Positions 1-11,398 of a stretch of DNA of 47,817 bases are shown here, piece after piece. Within the stretch, counting starts at the first letter, position 1, and each line of letters starts with the position of its first letter. The notes under the pieces were generated by a model. The model did not search any database, was not told the origin of the DNA, and saw nothing but the letters and a program-made list of their open reading frames with translations. Made by a program: the position numbers and the translations under genes. This DNA comes from Octopus sinensis. Its lineage: Eukaryota. Location: positions 1 to 47,817 of the forward strand of contig NW_021834540.1 in the NCBI RefSeq assembly GCF_006345805.1. Direction: 5' to 3'.

Positions 1-40
1 CACAGACAGTTTAGACTTAGAATATCTATATGTATGTATG

Positions 41-190
41 ACAGGCTACTTTCAGTTTCTGTCTACCAAATCCACTCACTTGCCTTTGGTTGGTCTAATG
101 GTTTAGATGACACTTTCCCAAGGTGCCACGCAGTGGGACTGGACTAACAACCATGTGGTTGGAAGCAGGCTTCTTACCACAGAGTCATGC
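41..190 (-). mobile_element. Family A SINE, 5' half
   Basis: Reverse complement of the family A head (GTGGTAAG..GGTTCAGTCCC..CACCTTGGGAAAG..GTGGATTTGGTAGAC..AACTGAAAG), as seen in full at 20986-21407. Confidence 0.8.
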
Positions 191-199
191 TTTGATAAA

Positions 200-413
200 T
201 GAGATCTTAAAATTTCCATAATATAGCACATCCTTGGTAGATACCAGTTGTTAATTGGGGGAGACACAAAACTATAAAACTTGGTTGATACCAGTGATTA
301 ATTGAGGAAGAGACAAAGCTATAGTAGACAGTACTTGCATAAGAGGTGACCCAAAAGAATAGAACCTGGGACCCCTTAATTGCAAAGCCAGCTTTTTCAT
401 CATTCAGCTATGC
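200..413 (-). mobile_element. Degenerate tRNA-head SINE (minor family)
   Basis: The minus strand reads GCATAGCTGAATG...GGTTCTATTC, resembling A and B boxes. Parts of the body recur degenerately at about 470-565. Confidence 0.4.
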
Positions 414-834
414 TGAATCCATATAGGGTCTAAACAACAGCAACAATAATAAAGTCAAATTTTGAGAGCGTAGATCTTAAAATTCCCATTACAGTTTTTA
501 AAAACGCTCAATTGGTCCATAGTGTAAGCACATCCTTCTCTTACACCAGTTGCTAATTAGGGGAACAATTTCCTTCACAAATAAATTATAGAGTATTATA
601 TTTCAATCTAATTATATCATAATCTAATTCGTTATTTCATGTATGCTACCTTTATAAACATTTGATGGGTATCTTTACATTAATGAGTGTCTCGTGTTTA
701 GTTAACTTCAGCAGACTGAATAAAACTCGTTAATGACTTCTCTGAAGAGCAAAATACCAAGAGGATGTTAATTGCGACCATATGTGCCAATATTCCCCAA
801 AGTAAAGCCTCACCATTTTACCGCCAGATCCTTC

Positions 835-985
835 CTCACTCTCTCTCAATAATACCTTCTCTCTCACCTTTTCTCTATCTCTCTCTCCCACACACACTCT
901 ACTCATCCTCTCTCTCTCTCTCTCTCTCCCTCTCTCTCTCTCTCCTACACACACTCTTATCTTCCTCTCTTTCTCTCTGCTATAT
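835..985. repeat. (TC)n-rich microsatellite
   Basis: Direct inspection; explains ORFs 730..954 and 765..1022. Confidence 0.9.
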
Positions 986-1094
986 AATCCTACTCCCAGC
1001 TTTTCATAATCTGCTTAAGTGATGGTTTTGTTCTGCAAGATAGGATTTTCAAGTTGCTACTTATCAAACCACAGGTTATTCATTATGCATAAGA

Positions 1095-1255
1095 TATACA
1101 CATACACACACACACACTCACACACAAATACACACACACATGTGTGTATCATATTAGATATATATATATAAAGGTAAACACTAAACACATATGTACACAC
1201 ACATTCATACACATGTACACAAACATGCATATAAACATATACGTTAATATAGAGC

Positions 1256-1287
<32 letters not shown>

Positions 1288-1322
1288 TAAATACATATAT
1301 ATATGCATATATATTTATATAC

Positions 1323-1357
<35 letters not shown>

Positions 1358-1487
1358 TGTATATATATATATATATATATCTGTGTGTGTATGTGTTGTG
1401 TGGTGTGTGTGTGTGTGGTGTGTGTGTGTGTGTGTGTGCGTGTCTATCTATCTATCTGTCTATATATATATATAAATATATATATCA
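1095..1487. repeat. Compound (CA)n/(TA)n/(TG)n microsatellite
   Basis: Direct inspection. Confidence 0.9.
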
Positions 1488-1910
1488 GGGACAGCCACCT
1501 GGGTAGGCAAGGGAGGCAGTGCCTACCCAGAATAAAATACATCGATAGTAACATTTTCTTTTTATGGCAAAATATGCACCTAATTCAATAAAATTATGAA
1601 GGTTATTTTGATTATTCTGAACAAAATGGAAAATGTTTTATTGTTTTGTAGATTAGGTAGGCATAATTCACCTCTGCCTTTCAATCTTAGTATTTAAGCT
1701 ATGCATTGCACTGCTGTAGTACACATGCTGCATACATTCCTACAACAATGTTTTCTTTACATGCTATAAAGGCAGAAGTAAATTTGCTTCCAACTCAGTC
1801 ACGCACCTGTGTTTCAATTATTTTATTTTTGTGCTGTACTGCATAAACATCACCAATTGCTTACCCTGAATAATTACTCACGACATGTGACTGATATACA
1901 TGTATATATA

Positions 1911-2720
1911 TCATCATCATCATCATCAATCATCATCATTTAGCGTCCGTTTTCCATGCTAGCATGGGTTGGACGGTTCTAACTGGGGTCTGTGAAGCCA
2001 GAAGGCTTCATCAGGCCCAGTCAAATCTGGCAGTGTTTCTACGGCTGGATGCCCTTCCTAACGCCAACCACTCCGTGAGTGTAGTGGGTGCTTTTTACGT
2101 GCCACCCGCACTGGTGCCAGACAGCTGGCAAACGGCCACGAACGGATGGTGCTTTTTATGTGCCACCGGCACGAGGGCCAGGCGAGGCTGGCAACGGACA
2201 CAAAACGGGGCGGTGCTGGCAACGGTCGCGAAATGGAAAGTTCTCTTACATGCCCACCGGCACTGGTAACACATCTGCAATTTCCATTGATCGATTTCCA
2301 TTGATCGATTTGTGGCGAGAATGGATGAAGATAGTTGTGTGAAAAAGTGCCACACCCTAGCGGTTGAGGGAACCTGTGGAAGAGGCAGACCCAGGAAAAC
2401 CTGGGACGAGGTGGTGAAGCACGACGACCTTCGAACTTTAGGTCTCACTGAGGAAATACTAGAGACCGAACCTCTGGAAGTGTGCTGTGCGCGAGAAGAC
2501 CCGGCAGGACAAGTGAGTCCACAACCCGTGGCCTTCTACATGGGATGAGCCAGCCTACGTATGCATACCTTCCCTTCTTGGGACACAAAACTCTACTTGT
2601 GAAGACGTGTTGAGGCAAGTGAGGATCAGAATCGAAATCGATCAATGGAAATTGCGGATGTGCTACCAGTGCCGGTGGCATGTCGAAACTCTGCTTGTGA
2701 AGACCCATTGAGGCAAGTGA

Positions 2721-2724
<4 letters not shown>
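1911..2724 (-). mobile_element. 5'-truncated, 5'-inverted RTE-clade LINE insertion
   Basis: 1911-2311 is a minus-strand family C 3' segment with a GAT tail. 2312-2724 is the upstream part of the same element on the plus strand (ORF2 C-terminus plus start of the 3' UTR). TA repeats flank both ends. Confidence 0.8.
2312..2516 (+). pseudogene. RTE ORF2 (reverse transcriptase) C-terminal fragment
   Basis: Reads VARMDEDSCVKKCHTLAVEGTCGRGRPRKTWDEVVKHDDLRTLGLTEE. Restoring two 1-nt deletions continues it as MTRDRDLWKCAVREKTRQDK* (TGA 2514-2516). GRGRP..TW and DR..W are typical RTE C-terminal motifs. Confidence 0.8.
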
Positions 2725-2756
<32 letters not shown>

Positions 2757-2759
<3 letters not shown>

Positions 2760-2915
2760 ACAGGCATCTTTCAGTTTCTGTCTATTAAATCCAGTCATAA
2801 GGTTTTTGGTTGGCCTGAGTCCTGAGCAGCACACATGTGCCCCAGGTACCACACGGTGGGATTGGACTTTGAATCACTTTATTGGGAAGCAAAATTATTA
2901 CCATACAGTCAAACT
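2757..2915 (-). mobile_element. Family A SINE, 5' half (diverged)
   Basis: CTTTCAGTTTCTGTCTA..AAATCCA..GTGGGA matches family A in reverse. Confidence 0.7.
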
Positions 2916-3144
2916 TGCCACATAAGAACTTAATACACGACAGAGGGAAATCTATTGTTTGTTACTGAACCTATCTTTGGGGTCTTGGCAACAAATTAAA
3001 AGAGAAACTAACTAAGAGTTTGTTCCTCTTAGTCCTTGCTCTGAAGCGGTTAGCAATGGGAAGAGCATCCAGTCGTAAAATCCATGCCAGAAACATAACA
3101 TATATAATGACAATGGTGCTTTTCCTTTATCCACTGTTTTAAAT

Positions 3145-3398
3145 ATCATCCTCATCACCATCATCATCATTTAGCGTCCGCTTTCCATGCTAGCATGGGT
3201 TGGACGGTTCAACTGGGGGCTGGGAGGCCAGAAGGCTGCACCAGGCCCAGTCTGATCTGGCAATGCTTCTACGGCTGGATGCCCTTCCTAACGCCAACCA
3301 CTCCGTGAGTGTAGTGGGTGCTTTTTACGTGCCACCAGCATAGGTGCCAGATGGGGCTGGCAAACGGCCACGGTCGGATGGGGCTTTTTACATGCCAC
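3145..3398 (-). mobile_element. Family C (RTE 3' UTR-derived) copy
   Basis: (CAT)n tail followed by TTTAGCGTCCGCTTTCCATGCTAGCATGGGTTGGACGG..GGATGCCCTTCCTAACGCCAACC. Confidence 0.85.
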
Positions 3399-3420
3399 AT
3401 ATATATATATATATATACAT

Positions 3421-3470
3421 ATTGAATTTTTCACTGTAAGTTTGGAATAATATTCCCTCATATTATTATT
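3421..3470 (+). mobile_element. Mini-element E between (TA)n and (ATT)n
   Basis: 46 bp with one mismatch to 10251-10296; a diverged copy lies at about 40797-40842. Confidence 0.55.
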
Positions 3471-3477
3471 ATTATTA

Positions 3478-3518
<41 letters not shown>

Positions 3519-3821
3519 ATAGATAGATACACATAGGTAAGTTTGTATACATATGTGATGACACGTACAAGATTTCTTTTTCCTCTTTTCATCCTTTTAC
3601 ATTTCTTATTTATGTATTTGCTTATTAAATGCTATAATGGGAAAACTTTTTGAATTATCCACATGACATTATTATAACTTGTTGTAGAACATTCTATAGG
3701 GAAAAATATTTATTTATTAACAGTTATATAAATGCACAGGCCTTCACCTAGTGACTAGTTTGATAAGTGCCAATGCATCAAACTCTTCAACCTTCAGTCA
3801 CACTGCTACTTCTGCCAAATA

Positions 3822-4053
3822 TGGTTATGTGGTAAGTAGCTTGCTTACCACTTACCAACCACATGGTTCTGGGTTCAGTCCCACTGCACGGCACATTGGG
3901 CAAGTGTCTTCTACTATAGCCTTGGGCAAACCAAAACCTTGTGAGTGGATTTGGTAAACAGAAACTGAAAGAAGCCTCTCATATATATATATATATATAT
4001 GTATATGTTTGTGTGTCAGTGTTTGTTCCTCCACCATCGCTTGGCAACTGATG
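3822..4053 (+). mobile_element. Family A SINE (head, internal microsatellite, partial body)
   Basis: GTGGTAAGTAGCTTGCTT..GGTTCAGTCCCACTGC..TTGGGCAAGTGTCTTCTACTATAGCC. Confidence 0.85.
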
Positions 4054-4271
4054 TTTCAAAGAGGCCATATTTTTAAGATGCCATAGGCCAACAGGTCTCA
4101 GGGTTCGAAGATACACCATAAAGGTACCCTTTAAGCTGAGAAAATGAGGGTAACTCTATAAACCAGCCTTCACCAGTAATAAATATAAATAAATACATAT
4201 ATGTATATATAATTATATAGTAATATATATAGACAAATATATATATATATGTGAGTGTGCATGTATGTATG

Positions 4272-4338
<67 letters not shown>

Positions 4339-4476
4339 TATATATATAAATATACAGTTATGTATATAGTAATATATAAATGCATTTTAGTATACACATA
4401 AACACAAATATGTATTTACTAAAATACATATATGCATACATGCACACATACACATGGACACATATATATACATATA

Positions 4477-4655
4477 GATCGCTAGCCACTAAACCTTTTT
4501 CTATTTTCTCTCCCTGTTTATTTCTGTGTTCCTTTCTGTCGAAGAGCGTTGGCTCGAAACATAAAAGACTTTCTCACTTCCCGACCATTAAAATAATACA
4601 TCTGTTTGTTGTTTACACACCCGTCTTTGTCTTTTGTTGTTTTGTAAATTCTCAC

Positions 4656-4656
<1 letters not shown>
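4477..4656 (+). mobile_element. Penelope-like terminal-repeat fragment, family P1
   Basis: Homologous to 47271-47446, embedded in TA/CA microsatellite, and carries a hammerhead-like motif. Confidence 0.6.
4532..4567 (+). ncRNA. Minimal type I hammerhead-like motif (variant core)
   Basis: CUUU-CUGUCGA-A-GAGC(GUUG)GCUC-GAA-ACAU-A-AAAG. Stems I and II pair; the core has A6 to U; stem III is mutated relative to the ACGU palindrome at 47348-47351. Confidence 0.45.
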
Positions 4657-4689
<33 letters not shown>

Positions 4690-5375
4690 ATATATATATA
4701 TATATATACACACACACAGACACAAGTTTATAAAGATTATGAATATTTTGTGATTATGTCTCCATATGAATGACAGATTGGTTATCATTCCGTTGAGTGA
4801 AACTTGTGTCTCTTTCTCTTTCTTAATTGATTACAAGTGGTGGTGGTGGTGTGGTAGATGGGAGATGTCTGGAAGATAATTCTTCTAGGCTACAAAGAAG
4901 ACCATTAAGTATAGCGACTCTGAGAAAACAAGTGAAAGGAAATACAAGATGAATGAGTAAACACATCTAAAACAAAAAGTGAAATGTCTGCTGCTTGGAG
5001 TTACTTCCCCTACTTACCCATGAGAAAAACAATATTATAATTCTAATTTATGGTCTTTTATATTCTAATATTATTTTTTACTTGTTTCTGTCATTGGACA
5101 GTGACCATGTGAGGCACTGCCTTAAGGGGGTTAGTTAAAAAAAAATGACCCCAGTATTTATTTATATTTTTTTAAAGTCTGATACTTATTATATTTCTCT
5201 AACTCTAACCCTTTTCTCAAGCTGCTATGTTATGTGTCAGAAACAAAGCAACATCAGCTATCAAGACACAAGGCAATGGTCAGCTAAGGGATCTAGCAGA
5301 AAGTACGAACTATGTGGGTCAGAAACAAACCTCATACCACACAACCATACTATCACTTGTTATGTTTTCATTATT

Positions 5376-5565
5376 AAGGCAGCAATCGTTAGCATGCCGG
5401 ACATTTCACCTGTCTTTACATTCTAAGTTCAAATTCTGCAGAGGTCACCTTTGCCTTTCATCCTTTTGGGCCTGGAAAAATAAGTACCAGTTGAACAATG
5501 GGGTTGATGTAGTCAATATACACTTCTTCCATGAAATTACTACTCTTGTGCCAAAATGTGAAACC
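5376..5565 (+). mobile_element. Family B SINE
   Basis: AGTTCAAATTC (B-box-like), then TTTGCCTTTCATCCTTT..AAGTACCAG (Deu/Nin-like core), then an ATT tail. Confidence 0.8.
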
Positions 5566-5567
5566 AT

Positions 5568-5578
5568 GATTATTATTA

Positions 5579-5637
<59 letters not shown>

Positions 5638-6070
5638 GAGCAGTGCATGCCATCAAAGTGACACTGGGGTAAAATATACAAAGCTCAGTATACCCATCAT
5701 GACTACCTGTCTGATAAGGATACACTAGACACATGCATCACAAACATATGTGCGCGACATAGTGATCTCATATCAAGATAAACAGCGAATGACCTTGCAG
5801 GCTCAGTTAGAATTTTTTTCAGGTCAGGTAGCCCATCCCCCTCAAAGAGTCTCTGAATTCTGAATAAAGGTTGCTTAAGGATGTTGAACGGAACGCCCAT
5901 GTTTCCAGAGGTGAATTATTCAAACCCCCAAAGAATCCCTCTCAACACATGGCTCTGATGCTCCCCCACTACTTCTGCTCATGATCAGAGATGCCCATAT
6001 CGTCAGCCACTAAGGGACATGTTCAACTGGTTACGGTCAAACAACTTACAAGCAAATCTGTGGTATTGAG
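5568..6070 (-). mobile_element. Probable retroposon 3' segment with (AAT)n tail
   Basis: About 430 bp of GC-richer sequence abutting a long (ATT)n at 5568-5637. Single copy here; family not identified. Confidence 0.4.
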
Positions 6071-7407
6071 CAGAATATTTGCATGTGGAACAAGGGGCCC
6101 CTAGCATCAAGAAAGGCATCTGATTGTAAAACAATGCTTTGAATAACATATTGATCCAACCCATGCAAGCATTGAAAAGTGAACTTAAAAACAAATACAC
6201 AAATATTGTTGCTGTTGTTTTATCCCCTGTTATCCCAGTCATAGGTACAACACATATAACCAAAGACATTCCAGTCATGGCTATCCCAGTTATTACATTT
6301 CTCCCTTTTGTAAAATTACAGAATATGAATTCAAGTTGATTTAGTTGTTATTTCTAACAGGTTGCGTGACCATGTAAAAGCTTATTTTCAAATGCGAAAA
6401 TTTGTGTAAATTTAAAAGTCTTTTTTGGAGTTCACATATTGTTTTGTTTTTTTTTTTGTTCTAATTTCCAAGAAATGTGTTAGTTTTAATCTCTCTTCTA
6501 GGCACAGTCTTATAGAACCATGATATTATTTTTTTATCCTAGAGAAAATGCTACATGTCTTTAGGCATTGCTTATATTGATATTACTAGTTAGAATTATA
6601 GCTATGACTGATGTTCGTACATAATATTGATTTTAATGAGATTAACTATTAGTTAATTAAAGTATCTACTCTTCAGGAAGAACTGTCTCATTCTAATTAT
6701 TCCTGTAATCACGAAGACATACCAATTTTGCATCAAGAATTTTCTTCTAAGTAGAATTTCAAAATAGAAGAGTTTAGGAAAATTAAAATTATTATTGTTG
6801 CCCACTGATAATTAATCAGCTACTAAATTAATTTTTAATTTGTCAGATACTTTTGGGAACAAGGAGGATAGCCATGGGCAAAACCAAAATTACAATTTTT
6901 CTAGTTTGAAGATTTCACTTTGCAAACACACGCACATGTGCACACGAACACACTCACGCACAGGTATATGCATACATGCACACATGCGAGTGTTTTGTGT
7001 GTGAAATAAAACTAGATCATCATTAAATTGAAGAAAAACTCAGTACTTCTTAGTACGGTACAATATATATTAATTTCTGCAAGGAAAAGAATGCTAGTGA
7101 CTTTGAAGCTTCAGTGTAGCAGCTGTCATCATATAAATGTGTGTGCATGTATACACAGGCACACACACACTCACGCACACATATATGATCCAAGGGTCCA
7201 AGTATAGGAAGCTAGTTAGCTTCAAACAGTGCATGGCAGGTGTAGAGAACAAATTGTGGAGAGTATACATAAAAAATTATAACAATTTATTTATATTGAG
7301 AGTTACACACTTTTATCCACCGTGAAGCTGCATGGAAATTTGATAAACTAATAGTTTCTATGTAGCTCACAGTCAACAACTACAGCTTCTACAAGTGAAT
7401 AAAAATT

Positions 7408-7545
7408 CAAATTGAAGGAGTGTAACAGGTAAAATGCACACTACATATGTTTCTTAGCTAGCTGAAGCTTTTACTGTAATAGTTATGCTTCAGCTGTCTA
7501 AGAAACATGTAGCATGCATTTTACCTGCCCTCTTCCCTCAATTTG
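7408..7545. repeat. Imperfect inverted repeat (about 60-bp arms, 18-nt loop)
   Basis: CAGGTAAAATGCA..TTTCTTAG..AGCTGAAGC (7426-7468) pairs with 7487-7527, and pairing extends outward to CAAATTGA/TCAATTTG. Confidence 0.75.
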
Positions 7546-7972
7546 TGTGTGTATATATTTATATATATTTTATTGTTCAGAACTTTGTGTTCTAGCTGAA
7601 GAGTTAGCAAACTAGCAGAGAACAGACTTATCTTTTCCCTGTCACCAATGTGAGCGAGTTTACATTTAAATTGATTGAACTAGTCCATACACAAAAAGTG
7701 GACCGTTATGAGAGGGCTTATTAAAGTGAATGCACAAAATATTTTCTGTTTTTACCTCAGGGAAGATCTGACTCTTTGCCTTGTCTATTTTTGCGTTTAT
7801 TTTTACAATACAAATGTATTTTTCAATGTCCAAATATTGTTCTTAATACTATCTCATGGAATTATTCTCATAGCACCAACTATAGCCAAGATATCAAGTG
7901 GAATTATTTGTTTCTCTAGTTATTTATTCAATTCTGTCAATCTAGTATCCACAAAGTTGCAAAATATATCAT

Positions 7973-8010
<38 letters not shown>

Positions 8011-8379
8011 CCATACGTATGTGCATACACACACACACACATAATGTATCGTATATCATATATGTGTGTGTGTGTGCATTTATACATCCGAAAGCCATTA
8101 GCAGTTACTCTCAGGTTTCCATTAACACACACCTCCTCAGATGCCATCCATTGCGAAACAAAACAATGGAAAACGTAAATAAAAGATGACAGGAAAACAC
8201 ACACACACTTCTGTTGGTGTGAAGTGGGTCTCCTCATTGTAACATGTCAAAAACTTGCATCATTCACAGAAAGTTTCTCTCAAGCATTTTGAAGCTGGGA
8301 GTTAGTATACAAGATATGATCAAAGGAAAGTAAATTAAGTGAACAAATATAATGAATAGACACACACATATGTATGCAT

Positions 8380-8955
8380 ATCATCATCATCATCATCATT
8401 TAACGTCTTCTTTCCATGCTAGCATGGGTTGGATGATTTGATTGAGGACTGGCAAACCAGATGGCTGCACTTTTATTCCATGTTGCTCCAGTCCACCCAG
8501 CTGACAAAAATGCATTGTATCTGTAATCCTAAGGACCATCTTTGTCACACTTTGTGTCATACTAATTCTCTGATGGTGTCCAACTGACTCTACCATCAAA
8601 AACAAATAATGCACATACACAAAATAAAAAATATAAAATAGTGATAATTTACCCATTGCACCCTCATCATCATCGTTTAACATCCGCTTTCCATGCTAGG
8701 ATGGGTTGGACGATTTGACTGAGGACTGGCGAACCAGATGGCTGCACCAGGCTCCAATCTGATCTGGCAGAGTTTCCACAGCTGGATGGCCTTCCTAACG
8801 CCAACCACTCAGAGAGTGTAGTGGGTGCTTTTGCGTGCCACTGGCATGAGGGCCAGTCAGGTGGTACTGGCAACAGCCACACTCAAAATGGTGCTTTTTA
8901 CGTGCCACCTGCACAGGAGCCAGTCCAGCGGCTCTGGCAATGACCTTGCTCGAAT
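8380..8955 (-). mobile_element. Two family C copies (3' fragment 8380-8480; longer copy 8664-8955), second subfamily
   Basis: TTTAAC(G/A)TC..TTTCCATGCTAG..TGAGGACTGGC(A/G)AACCAGATGGCTGCAC; (CAT)n tails. Confidence 0.8.
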
Positions 8956-9007
8956 GTTGTTTTTCTTGTAAGGCATGTAAATAATTTATATTATCATATT
9001 TAATAAT

Positions 9008-9228
9008 AAGGTGGCAAGCTGGCAGAATCATTAGCATACCAGGCGAAATGCTTAGTGGTGTTTTGTCTGCTGCTACATTCTGAGTTCAAATTCAGCCATG
9101 GTTAACTTTGCTTTTGATCCTTTTCTGGGTCAATAAATTAATACCAGTAGAGTATTGGGGTTGTTGTAATCGACTTATCCCCTTCCTCAAAATTTCAGGC
9201 CCTGTGCCTATAGTAGAAAGGATTATTA
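9008..9228 (+). mobile_element. Family B SINE, near full length
   Basis: GGTGGCAAGCTGGCAGAATC..GAGTTCAAATTC..AAAATTTCAGGCC..GTAGAAAGGATTATT. Confidence 0.85.
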
Positions 9229-9394
9229 TATTTAATAATAAATTAATTAATTACATGCCTGCATTAATGCAAAATGCAAAACCTCCTTCAAAATAATGCA
9301 TAATTTAAGCTATGTCATCAGGAGAAAGAAAGTCATTATACACTCCTTATCATATTCTCTAGTGACATAATATACATAGGTGTGTGTGTGTTAT

Positions 9395-9570
9395 AATTTA
9401 GAATAAACAGTAAAAGGTTCTCCTTATAGTACTCAGAGTTTTGAAAATCAGAACGGGGAGCTATGATACATTCTCCTCAGCTATTAACGTCAACAGACAT
9501 TTGAAACTCCACACCGACATTCAAAACTCCGAGTATTATAATGACAACCTTTTACAGTTTGTTCTAAATT
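9395..9570. mobile_element. MITE-like inverted repeat (51-bp arms, 74-bp spacer)
   Basis: AATTTAGAATAAACAGTAAAAGGTT..GAGTTTTGAA (9395-9445) is an imperfect reverse complement of 9520-9570. Confidence 0.55.
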
Positions 9571-9627
9571 CTAATAAAAATATTCCTCTATTTATCTAAT
9601 ATCAAGGTCTCATCATTTTGTTATTAC

Positions 9628-9703
<76 letters not shown>

Positions 9704-9732
9704 TATTATATGTATATATTTAATATATTTAA

Positions 9733-9956
9733 CCCTTTAGCATTCAAATTACACTGTCAGATGTAATATTCAGTTATTCTCATTTTCTAAAATTAATCTT
9801 GAATTATGTTATAGCTTTTGAGAGTTCAACAACATGATTGTTTTATTTTTAGAATGACATTGTTGAGTATGTGTGAGAGGCTGGATCTAGCCTGTTTGAT
9901 CATAAAACAGGTAGAGAGTATTTGGTGTCATTATGGCTGGTTTAAATGCAAAAGGG
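9733..9956. mobile_element. piggyBac-like MITE
   Basis: TTAA|CCCTTTAGCATTCAAA ... TTTAAATGCAAAAGGG; TIR 14/16. The right TTAA has degenerated to ATTC. Confidence 0.55.
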
Positions 9957-9976
9957 ATTCATAATATATATCTATT

Positions 9977-10180
9977 ATCTTTTACTTGCTTCAGTCATTA
10001 GACTGGGGCACTGCCTTGACGGACTTTCAGTTGAGTGTATTGACCCCAGGACTTTTTTTAATTTTTTAAAGCCTGGTACTCATTCTATCCGTCTCTTTTG
10101 CTGAACTCCTAGGTTAGAGGAATGTAAACACACCAGTACCAGTGGTCAAGCAGTAGTGGGAGACAAAAACAGACACATAC
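9977..10180 (-). mobile_element. Family A SINE, 3' half
   Basis: TTTTACTTGCTTCAGTCATT..GCACTGCCTT..CCGTCTCTTTTGCTGAAC..AAACACACCAG. Confidence 0.75.
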
Positions 10181-10192
10181 ATACACACATTG

Positions 10193-10225
<33 letters not shown>

Positions 10226-10250
10226 CATCTAGAAAATATAGTATTTCTAA

Positions 10251-10300
10251 ATTGAATTTTTCCCTGTAAGTTTGGAATAATATTCCCTCATATTATTATT
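10251..10300 (+). mobile_element. Mini-element E
   Basis: Near-identical to 3421-3466, with the same (TA)n-left, (ATT)n-right context. Confidence 0.55.
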
Positions 10301-10310
10301 ATTATTATTA

Positions 10311-10347
<37 letters not shown>

Positions 10348-11171
10348 TATATAGTAGCTTAAAAGCTGCCCTATCTCATCAGGCCTTGGGCCCAACAATG
10401 ACACATCATGCATTGAGTACATATTAAATTTTATTAGACTTGAACAATGTTTTTCAAGCAATGGACAGTTTTCATCAAAACAATGATATAATTTTTTCGA
10501 CTCAGAACTTATTGCAAAGTTGCATGATAAACAACAGTATCACCACCATCGCCACCACATCTGCCATACACACACCATTCAGACTTCTAACGCCACTACC
10601 ATCAATACCTTTGACTTTGACGACTTCCCATCCACCACCATCACCACTGTCTTTCACATCACATACTCTCACTGTCATCTCTAACCGCCTTGGCTACCAC
10701 CACAATCATCACCCCTGCCTCCACCTCTATCACAACTACAGCTAATACTATTACCATCACAAAAAAGCTAAATGTGTGTATAAAAGAATTGTGTTCAGTA
10801 TGTTAGTTCAGTGTTCAGTCCCTCTTTCTCTCACATACCCACTCTTTCTTTCTCTCTCTTTCTTATTATTACTCCCACTGCCACCATCAACACTACTACT
10901 TTTAATAAAAACATCATCAACTCTCCCTAGATTTCTTTGTCTCCCTTTCTCTACCTTTCTTTTTCTTTCTCTCTCACCCCTCTCTCTCTCTTCTCTCTCT
11001 CTCTCTCTCTGTCTTTGCCACTGCCCTCACTGTCTCTATGCTTACTATTACTTTCATCCCAGGATGAGCAATAGTAGGAGTGTCAGTGAATAGTGAGCGA
11101 GGGGGTCTAAGTGTGACACACTGACACACAGATATTAGTTTTCACATTTATTATATTAGATATAAATGTGA

Positions 11172-11214
<43 letters not shown>

Positions 11215-11246
11215 AGTGTGTGTGTGTGTATATATATATATATACT

Positions 11247-11398
11247 CAGGCTATTTTGAGTTTCCATCTACCAAATCCACAGACAAGGCTTGGCCAGTCT
11301 GAGGATATAACAGAAGTCACTTGACCAAGGTGGCATGCAGTGGGACTGAACTTGGAACCATGTGGTTGAGAGCAAGATTCTTACCACACAGTCATGCC
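11247..11398 (-). mobile_element. Family A SINE, 5' half
   Basis: GTTTCCATCTACCAAATCCAC..CCAAGGTGGCATGCAGTGGGACTGAAC..CTTACCACACAG. Confidence 0.8.
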
